A stretch of DNA of 43,293 bases, taken from sequence record PV357169.1, one strand, 5' to 3'. Shown here one piece after another: positions 36,364 through 43,293 of the stretch; position 1 is the stretch's first letter, and each line of letters begins with the position of its first letter. Source of the DNA: a phage. The position numbers were made by a program, and so were the translations under genes. The notes below the pieces were generated by a model. That model ran no database searches. It worked only from the letters and a program-made list of their open reading frames with translations, and was not told the DNA's origin.

Positions 36364-37353
36364 ATGGCATTCAGCTGGCAAGAACAAATCAAGCCAGCTG
36401 GTACCCAGGATATCCAGTGCGATATTGAGTATTTGGACAAGTCCTATATTCATGTATACCTAGACGGTGCGGAAACCACTGGGTACACCTGGACCAGCGC
36501 TACTAATATAAGATTAAATTCGGCCCTAACTGCGAACACTACAGTGCTTCTCATTCGTAAGACTGAGCGCGAGTATCTGTATATTGAGTTTGCTAGCGGC
36601 TCTCCGTTCATCGAGGTGAACGTAGATTCTCAAAATACACAGTTCTTGCACTTGGCGCAAGAGCTTGTGGAAGGCAGGGCTATCCCCGGATTCTACGGGG
36701 ATATAAGCATGAACGGGTACCGCATCACGAATGTATCAGACCCGGTGGACTTGCAAGATGCTGCTACCAAGCACTACGTAGACTCTCGTATTGATGCAGA
36801 GCACGCCGCTTGGGTATCCGCTGATGCCACCATCAAATCCTACGTTGTTTCTGAGGACGCCAGGCTAGACACCCGCATCGACACAGAACGCGCCGCTAGG
36901 AAGGCTGCGGACGATGCCTTGAGTATGCGTACCTCTGCTCTGGAAAACACCTTTATAAGTGGTGTAGAAACAGTAAGCTACCCGTGGAGCACGGTGCTTA
37001 CAGAGGATACAGACGAGGTAACTCCAGGGCTAAAGTTTACTAAGGCTATAGTAGAACTTAATGGTGTTGGGCAGATTCGTGGCTACAGTTTTGAGATTGT
37101 AGATAACACCATAATGTTTGCCGAGACTCTCCCTGCAGGAACGATCGTAGCTGCTCGATTAGGTGCTGATGTAACTGCAGGGGACGGTTTCGCTACACAA
37201 GCATCCGTAGACCACTTAGCCAACTCCTTAGGGGCTTTGGCGTACCTAGGCAAAGCAGAGGCTGTGGAGGATGCAACCGGTGCTGAGGACGTGGTGAATC
37301 AACTAAATGCATTACTAGCAGCACTACGTGCCAGCGGAGTAGTAACATCCTAA
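36364..37353 (+). CDS. Tail fibre protein with T7 gp17-like N-terminal adaptor domain
   Basis: N-terminus loosely resembles the recalled T7 gp17 N-terminus; position before the terminase genes. Confidence 0.6.
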   Translation: MAFSWQEQIKPAGTQDIQCDIEYLDKSYIHVYLDGAETTGYTWTSATNIRLNSALTANTTVLLIRKTEREYLYIEFASGSPFIEVNVDSQNTQFLHLAQELVEGRAIPGFYGDISMNGYRITNVSDPVDLQDAATKHYVDSRIDAEHAAWVSADATIKSYVVSEDARLDTRIDTERAARKAADDALSMRTSALENTFISGVETVSYPWSTVLTEDTDEVTPGLKFTKAIVELNGVGQIRGYSFEIVDNTIMFAETLPAGTIVAARLGADVTAGDGFATQASVDHLANSLGALAYLGKAEAVEDATGAEDVVNQLNALLAALRASGVVTS

Positions 37354-37365
37354 CAGGAGGATCAT

Positions 37366-37668
37366 ATGGCAGGGGCGGCTAAACGCAGCCGTCTCTCGGA
37401 GCTGCATCGCATGTTCACAGAGGCTTTGATTGAAGAGATCAAACAGTCTAAAGAAGATGAGGTGCCGCTCCCGGCCGCAGATAAGTCAGTCATCGCTAAA
37501 TTCTTGAAGGATAATGATATCACTGCGGATGCAGATTCCGAGGAGATGCAGGACCTTCGTGATGAATTTGATGATGAACTAGCGGCACGCAGAGAGGCGC
37601 GTAAACAAGAAATTTTAGGTAAGATTAGTGGGTCTGACTCTGAGGATTTACTAGAAGGAATTGTCTAA
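37366..37668 (+). CDS. Terminase small subunit (putative)
   Basis: 100-aa acidic protein immediately upstream of the large terminase. Confidence 0.5.
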   Translation: MAGAAKRSRLSELHRMFTEALIEEIKQSKEDEVPLPAADKSVIAKFLKDNDITADADSEEMQDLRDEFDDELAARREARKQEILGKISGSDSEDLLEGIV

Positions 37669-39524
37669 TGGTATCGGCGAAGACTGCGCGAAGACTGCGC
37701 ATGCTCAACCAGAAACTTGCCGGCTATAGTGCGAATCCGCGCAGTATTCCCAAAGAGGAGCGCGAGGATATCGCCATGATGATGGCGGCTACCCTCGGCA
37801 ATTTTAGGGAGTTCGCATATATAGGTATGCGCTTCCTGGGCTTTACGCTCACGGAGATGCAAGCCGATATTGCAGAGTACATGCAGAAAGGTCCTAGGAA
37901 GCGCATGGTGGCTGCACAGCGTGGTGAGGCTAAATCTACACTAGCTGCGCTGTATGCTGTCTGGCGGCTCATCCAGGACCAATCCTGCCGTATACTGATT
38001 GTATCCGGTGCGGAGAAGCAGGCGTCCGACGTTGCGAACTTAATCATTCGTATGCTGGAAACCTGGCCTCTGTTGTGTTACCTGAAGGCCGACCCTACTC
38101 GTGGGGACCGTACTTCATTTGAAGGCTATGACGTCAACTGCGACTTGAAACCGCTGGATAAGTCTGCCAGCGTAGCTTGTGTCGGTATCACTGCATCCCT
38201 GCAAGGGAAGCGTGCTGACCTGTTGATTCCAGATGATATTGAGACCACCAAGAACGGTTTGACACAAACCCAGCGTGAGCAGTTGCTGATGATTTCGAAA
38301 GACTTCGCGGCTATCTGTACGCACGGGGATACGCTGTACCTGGGTACACCACAGACCAAGGACAGTATTTATAAAACCCTGCCGGGGCGTGGTTTCGAGG
38401 TCCGAGTGTGGCCTGGACGCATCCCGTCAGTTGAAATGGAAGAACGATATGGAAGTACACTTGCTCCTTATATACTGCAGCTCATTGAGCGGGGTTATAA
38501 ACGAACCGGGTTCGGAGTAGATGGGACGTTAGGTGAGAGCACTGACACCGGTCGATACGACGAGGATGCGCTGATTGAGAAGGAGCTGGACTTCGGCCCA
38601 GAGGGTTTCCAGCTGCAATACATGCTTGACACAACCTTGTCTGATCAGATGCGCACCCGTATCAAGTTGTCGGATATGCTCGTGTACTCTGGTAGCCTAG
38701 ATTCCTCTCCTGAGACCTTCTCCTACATTGCGGACCGTCGGTACTTGTACCAGCATGAGCATGAGGGGATTATGGGGCAGCAGATGTACTCCCCGGCATT
38801 CTATGGAGATATGCATCTACCATATCAGCATAAGGTGCTAGTGGTGGACCCAGCGGGTTGTGGTGGGGATGAAGTGTCCTACGCTGCAGGCGGTGCTGCT
38901 AACTCGTACATTCACTTATTCTCCGTTGGGGGTTTCCAAGGAGGTGTAAGCACTGAGAATATTGATAAGCTCATTGATTTGTGCGTAGAGTTGGACATCT
39001 CAGACATGGTGGTGGAGAGTAACATGGGGCACGGTACTGTGTCTATGCTGATCCTGAACCGCCTAAGAGAGCGTCGCCTTGCTGGTATTGGTGTGCGCGA
39101 CATCAACAACACCACGCAGAAAGAGCGCCGTATTATCGACACAATCAGCCCTGTAACTCGACGCCATCGCCTGGTGGTGCATGAGCGTGCTATTCAAGAT
39201 GATATTGGGACTTGTATGCTCTACTCCCGAGACCGTCGGTGGTTGTACTCTGCGTTCGCACAGCTCGCAGGTATTACGTACGACCGAGGGAGTTTAGCGA
39301 AGGATGACCGAGCAGACGCCATCGCTATGATGGTGGCAGTACTGAATGGACACCTGGTAGAAGACGAGAAAGTAGTAGCTGAGCGTGAGTCCGAGAAGAT
39401 GGCCCTGGCCTTCATTGAGAACCCACTGGATTGGGCACAGAGTAAATTGTCTAAGGGACTTCGCGGTGTAGCGGCTCGGTTGCAGAACCGTGGCAGAGGT
39501 AAACAACATAGAGGAAGAAGATAA
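37668..39524 (+). CDS. Terminase large subunit (T7 gp19-like)
   Basis: ACVGITASLQGKRADLLIPDDIE and RILIVSGAEKQASDV closely parallel recalled T7 gp19 segments. Confidence 0.9.
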   Translation: MVSAKTARRLRMLNQKLAGYSANPRSIPKEEREDIAMMMAATLGNFREFAYIGMRFLGFTLTEMQADIAEYMQKGPRKRMVAAQRGEAKSTLAALYAVWRLIQDQSCRILIVSGAEKQASDVANLIIRMLETWPLLCYLKADPTRGDRTSFEGYDVNCDLKPLDKSASVACVGITASLQGKRADLLIPDDIETTKNGLTQTQREQLLMISKDFAAICTHGDTLYLGTPQTKDSIYKTLPGRGFEVRVWPGRIPSVEMEERYGSTLAPYILQLIERGYKRTGFGVDGTLGESTDTGRYDEDALIEKELDFGPEGFQLQYMLDTTLSDQMRTRIKLSDMLVYSGSLDSSPETFSYIADRRYLYQHEHEGIMGQQMYSPAFYGDMHLPYQHKVLVVDPAGCGGDEVSYAAGGAANSYIHLFSVGGFQGGVSTENIDKLIDLCVELDISDMVVESNMGHGTVSMLILNRLRERRLAGIGVRDINNTTQKERRIIDTISPVTRRHRLVVHERAIQDDIGTCMLYSRDRRWLYSAFAQLAGITYDRGSLAKDDRADAIAMMVAVLNGHLVEDEKVVAERESEKMALAFIENPLDWAQSKLSKGLRGVAARLQNRGRGKQHRGRR

Positions 39525-39901
39525 TGGCATCAATCATCGCGGCTAAAGCTGCGGACGTCCAGTACGCTATTGTAGGTAAGAGCCAGAACCTCGAGAAAGA
39601 GGTGGCCCCGGATTATAATGCCGGGTTTATTGGTACGGGTGCACTGGATAAACTCAACGCTTTCTTTACCTACATGGAGTCCCAGGGATACTCGGCTACA
39701 GCTACTGGTGAGTCTTTTAAGGCTGACGGCACCTTGCAGGCTCGTCTATTTTCTATGCTATTCCAACTTAGCAAGACAGGTTATGTAGCACTCACTGGTA
39801 CCGGTATGCCCTTAGGTGAGGACTCTGGTACTGACTTCGACAATTCATTCAAGGCCCTACAGGCGGCTTTCGTTGCAGCTACTAATGCTGCTGCGGGATA
39901 A
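39524..39901 (+). CDS. Hypothetical protein (125 aa)
   Basis: ORF starting one base after the terminase stop. Confidence 0.5.
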   Translation: MASIIAAKAADVQYAIVGKSQNLEKEVAPDYNAGFIGTGALDKLNAFFTYMESQGYSATATGESFKADGTLQARLFSMLFQLSKTGYVALTGTGMPLGEDSGTDFDNSFKALQAAFVAATNAAAG

Positions 39902-39914
39902 TAGGAGAATCTAT

Positions 39915-40097
39915 ATGGCAATTGCAAAAGCGACCCAAGTGCAACAGCAGGAGCTGCTGCGTCAGCTGAACATTCTCGGTAAGGATCTGTATGCTATCCT
40001 TACCCAGCCACAGGATGTAGTCCAGACCGGCGCAGCGTTCGACGCTAAGATTGCTGCCCTAGAAACAGCTATTACCGCTGTGAAGTCGGCTAGCTAA
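39915..40097 (+). CDS. Hypothetical protein (~60 aa)
   Basis: AGGAGA RBS upstream of ATG 39915. Confidence 0.45.
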   Translation: MAIAKATQVQQQELLRQLNILGKDLYAILTQPQDVVQTGAAFDAKIAALETAITAVKSAS

Positions 40098-40501
40098 TGT
40101 ATAAACTGGTCGCTGGGTTACTGCTCGCGGTTACTCTGACTGGTTGCTCAGCGACCTCTGCACTAACCGGCTTAGTTGGCTCTAAGCCGGAAGTATCTGC
40201 ACAGGTTGGTGCTGAGAATACTAAGCAGGTACTCGGGCTGAATAATAAGGTGGACTCCAGCACCACCAACAAAACTGATGTACAGGATTCTAACGTAGGT
40301 ACACTGGATACTTCTAGCAAGAAGCAAGTGCAGACTATTAGTACTGGCACAATCCAGGCAGAGCGCCTACAGGTAGTTAACAATGATAGTTACAGCCTTA
40401 TCCTCGCCGGATTAGCAGGGGCCAGCATTCCTTTGGTCTTCCTAGTAACCATTCTGGTGATTCGTAAGCTGTTCAGGAAGAAGGGTCAGCAGGATGATTA
40501 A
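40097..40501 (+). CDS. Unimolecular-spanin-like protein (N-terminal lipoprotein signal + C-terminal TM helix)
   Basis: Lipobox LTGC at residues 14-17; C-terminal hydrophobic helix followed by RKLFRKKG. Confidence 0.5.
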   Translation: MYKLVAGLLLAVTLTGCSATSALTGLVGSKPEVSAQVGAENTKQVLGLNNKVDSSTTNKTDVQDSNVGTLDTSSKKQVQTISTGTIQAERLQVVNNDSYSLILAGLAGASIPLVFLVTILVIRKLFRKKGQQDD

Positions 40502-40745
40502 AGTAGGGGATGTAGTTGGGGCAGACCTCGCTACCCGGGCAGGGGCAGCTGTTACTGGTGCTACAGTCTCAGGAGGCTGGTTGGCGGAGTTAATGAGTTG
40601 GAACTGGAGTGTGATCAGCTTCATTACTGCGACGGTATGTGCAGTGCTAACCCTGGCGTGGAATGCGTACTATAAACGACGCACATACAAGCTCCTAGAA
40701 GAGCACGCACGTAAGGGGGCGATTAAATATGAGTTTAAGGACTAG
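40494..40745 (+). CDS. Putative holin / pinholin (83 aa)
   Basis: One strongly hydrophobic TM segment, charged C-terminus; directly upstream of the endolysin. Confidence 0.45.
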   Translation: MIKVGDVVGADLATRAGAAVTGATVSGGWLAELMSWNWSVISFITATVCAVLTLAWNAYYKRRTYKLLEEHARKGAIKYEFKD

Positions 40746-41340
40746 GGTTATAGCAGCACTCGCCGGGGCGACCATGCTCGGCGGAGCTATTACTGAGGTA
40801 GTCCAACACAACGAGGGCTTGAGCCTTACAGCATACAAAGACAGTGCAGGCATCCCTACAATCTGCTACGGGGAGACAAAGGGCGTCAAAATGGGCCAGA
40901 GAGCCACACTGAGCGATTGTCAGAAGCAACTGATAGAATCAGCAGGGGAGCATGCAAAGGCTCTTGACGGGCTTCCTATGCAGCTCTCTGACGTAGCCTT
41001 AGTTGGGTCCATAGACTTCATTTATAACGTAGGCGTAGCTAGCTTCAATGGCAGCGCCGTGAAACGGCATCTCAAAAACCTTGATTATGCAGCGGCTGGA
41101 AAGGCTGTGCTGGACTGGCGTTACATTAGTAAGTACCAGCAGAAGTCCCCAGGAACTGGTTGGGTTTATAAGGGTAGCAACCGCTGGATTTTCGACTGCT
41201 CCCAGTATATTAACGGGCAGCGCAATAAGGTATGCTGGGGCCTATGGGAACGTAGGCAGTGGCAAGCAAAGGCTATTGGTAATCGGTATGACTCATTGGA
41301 GTCTGCTGTTAATGCACTCATGAAAGGACAGGGGATATAA
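40729..41340 (+). CDS. Endolysin, T4-lysozyme-like muramidase with N-terminal SAR-type hydrophobic segment
   Basis: Catalytic pattern E-x8-D-x5-T (NEGLSLTAYKDSAGIPTICYGET); N-terminal VIAALAGATMLGGAI. Confidence 0.7.
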   Translation: MSLRTRVIAALAGATMLGGAITEVVQHNEGLSLTAYKDSAGIPTICYGETKGVKMGQRATLSDCQKQLIESAGEHAKALDGLPMQLSDVALVGSIDFIYNVGVASFNGSAVKRHLKNLDYAAAGKAVLDWRYISKYQQKSPGTGWVYKGSNRWIFDCSQYINGQRNKVCWGLWERRQWQAKAIGNRYDSLESAVNALMKGQGI

Positions 41341-42995
41341 TGGCACTTACAAATTTAATTTACAATGCGAGCAAGAATAATGACCGTGAACAGTGGCGTC
41401 GTAGTCTTGTAGAGGCAGGGTTAACACTTGTTGATGGTAGCTTTGAAGAGGGTGCTACTGCAAACAGTAAAACTGATGCTGTTTGGCATATTGCCGGTGG
41501 TCAGTGTTATACGTGGGATGCCACATTCCCTAAAACCGTTCCTGCTGCCTCAACCCCAGAAACTTCTGGCGGTGTTGGTTCAGGCGCATGGGTGAGTGTT
41601 GGCGATGCAAGTTTGAGATCGGACCTCTCAAGCACAGACGTCGGCAGAGGTGCCTCTTTAATTGGGACAACTGACGGTAGTAATGTGCAAGAGGCTTTGG
41701 ATGATATTAATAACTCAATATACCAGGACCCTCTTACCAAATGGCATCTTGGTGGTACGCTAAAAATAAAGCAGGGAGTGTATGATGTATCCTCAGCACT
41801 TACCCTCGATTATGGCAATTATGATGCTTCGTTTATAGGCTCTCCTGGTGTTCGCGCTCATTACGAAGGCGAGAACATGGCAGAAACCATCTTTAATTGT
41901 CAGGTTGCTGATTTTAACTTGAAGATGCTAGGAGATACCGTTGGGGCGACACAACGTGTACACGCATATGATTATCTGGGGAACATTACGCTTAAAGGTT
42001 CGGGATCGTCTTATGGTCTTGTTGTATCCAGTAAAGCATATACTAAGTTAGAGAACATAGTATCTTACGGACATACCAACGGGGAAGGTTTACGAACAGA
42101 TGGCGTTTTAACGTCGGAACTGGATAATGTGTACCTGCAGGCGAATCGTATTGGGTGGCGAGCGGTTAATTATGATGATGTGTCAGAACTTAATGCAATT
42201 ACGGTCAACAGATTAACGGCAAGCCAGAATACACAATGGGGTATTCTTGGCGACAGATGGGGTGCAGGGACTACCATCAACAGCCTTACCTGTGAGGGTA
42301 ACGGCACGCAAGGTAATGCTGGAACTGGCGGTATGCAGATTGCCGTGAACGGTCTTAATGGATCATGTGCTTTGGTGCTTAACAACCCATATTTCGAGGG
42401 TAATGCCGGTGGTTCTGACCTTGCCATTGATAACACGGGAACGCGCCCAGTAACCGTAATTATTAACGGCGGCGGCTTCCATCGTGTTAGTAATACGGCT
42501 TACACCATAAACAACTTAAATATTACAAGTTCTGGCGGGGGTAAAGTAACCGTAATTCTCAATGGTACGACATTCCAGAGCGCGGGTTCTTATGCCCCAA
42601 GCAGCACGCGACCGTTCTGGGTTACTGGCGCTAATTGTGAAGTAATCGACATTGGCTGCACATTCACGGAGCAAACCAGCAAGAATACTTCTGTCTCTGC
42701 TGGAAGTATTCCTCGTTCTGGAAGGATTAGTGCCGCGGGTGGCATAGGAATTGCGCCTGGTGTTTCATCAGTAAACGTAGTAGCTACGGGGGTATATGAT
42801 GTAGTTTTTTCTCATGAATTATCTACATATCTTGATGGGTATGTGGTACAGATAACGCCAATATCGGCGGGTGACTCCGTGGCTTGTGATGTTGAATATT
42901 TCAGCACAACCCGATTCAGGGTTACATTGAGGAACACTGTCAGCGGCGCTGGCATAGCGAGTGCATTCGCTTATAGTGTCACAAGGCTTGTATAA
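41340..42995 (+). CDS. Tailspike protein, probable polysaccharide depolymerase (beta-helix-like)
   Basis: 551 aa, Gly/Asn/Thr-rich repetitive segments typical of parallel beta-helices; right-end position. Confidence 0.6.
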   Translation: MALTNLIYNASKNNDREQWRRSLVEAGLTLVDGSFEEGATANSKTDAVWHIAGGQCYTWDATFPKTVPAASTPETSGGVGSGAWVSVGDASLRSDLSSTDVGRGASLIGTTDGSNVQEALDDINNSIYQDPLTKWHLGGTLKIKQGVYDVSSALTLDYGNYDASFIGSPGVRAHYEGENMAETIFNCQVADFNLKMLGDTVGATQRVHAYDYLGNITLKGSGSSYGLVVSSKAYTKLENIVSYGHTNGEGLRTDGVLTSELDNVYLQANRIGWRAVNYDDVSELNAITVNRLTASQNTQWGILGDRWGAGTTINSLTCEGNGTQGNAGTGGMQIAVNGLNGSCALVLNNPYFEGNAGGSDLAIDNTGTRPVTVIINGGGFHRVSNTAYTINNLNITSSGGGKVTVILNGTTFQSAGSYAPSSTRPFWVTGANCEVIDIGCTFTEQTSKNTSVSAGSIPRSGRISAAGGIGIAPGVSSVNVVATGVYDVVFSHELSTYLDGYVVQITPISAGDSVACDVEYFSTTRFRVTLRNTVSGAGIASAFAYSVTRLV

Positions 42996-43002
42996 TAGCA
43001 AA

Positions 43003-43024
43003 GCCCCGCTTCGGCGGGGTTTCC
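43003..43024 (+). terminator. Hairpin with TTCG loop (CCCCGC-TTCG-GCGGGG) followed by TTTCC
   Basis: Directly after the tailspike stop. Confidence 0.5.
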
Positions 43025-43045
43025 TAGAAAAACAATGAGGTTTAT

Positions 43046-43293
43046 ATGAACGAAATGTTCTCACAAGATGGTAAAGGTTCAACGGGAATCTTAACTAATA
43101 AACAAGCAGTGGCTCGACACTTCGGAGTTAAGCAATCAGAGGTTGTTTACTTCTCAGTGGGTGCTCTGCTTGCTGGTTACAAAGTCATCTATGACAAAGT
43201 GACACAGCGTGCTTACTCATTACCTGCTGATATTGGTTCTGGGGTTACTGTTGTAAGCCTTAGTCCTGCCGGAGTATTAGTACACTCTGCCGG
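43046..43293 (+). CDS. 5' part of the junction-spanning gene (continues at 1-314 after removing the 91-nt overlap)
   Basis: ATG with GAGG RBS; the ORF runs off the end of the window. Confidence 0.5.
   Translation, partial: MNEMFSQDGKGSTGILTNKQAVARHFGVKQSEVVYFSVGALLAGYKVIYDKVTQRAYSLPADIGSGVTVVSLSPAGVLVHSA
43203..43293 (+). repeat. 91-nt exact duplicate of window positions 1-91 (circular-assembly overlap)
   Basis: Seen directly; identical base for base. Confidence 0.95.

Noticed and set aside
1-43293. Integrated prophage or temperate element
   Set aside because: No integrase, repressor, att-like flanks or host genes; gene content and single-strand orientation fit a virulent T7-supergroup genome.

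Overview
The window reads as an essentially complete genome (~43.2 kb) of a lytic T7-supergroup podophage (Autographiviridae-like) with phiKMV/KP34-type gene order: all genes on the + strand, a non-coding left-end region (about 320-1950) with short tandem repeats and a host-type promoter, small early genes, a replication module (primase, helicase, DNA polymerase, metallophosphoesterase, 5'-3' exonuclease, endonuclease VII), the single-subunit RNA polymerase placed at the END of the replication module (18784-21252), then portal, scaffold, capsid, tail tubular A/B, three internal virion proteins, tail fibre, terminase small/large, a lysis cassette and a tailspike at the right end. No integrase or repressor is seen. 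The first 91 nt are identical to the last 91 nt and one gene runs across the junction, so the record is a circularised/permuted assembly opened inside a gene; the physical ends are probably near 320-600. All calls are from reading the sequence and recalled family signatures; no database search was run. Most notable: a tail tubular protein B gene split by a -1 frameshift, a 17-20 nt motif present in 3 exact copies plus 1 variant (candidate phage-RNAP promoter or nick site), a stem-loop family with compensatory base changes, an early-region Cys-rich protein coupled to an M20-like peptidase, two paralogous HNH endonucleases flanking the DNA polymerase, and a lysis cassette with a unimolecular-spanin-like lipoprotein and a SAR-type endolysin.
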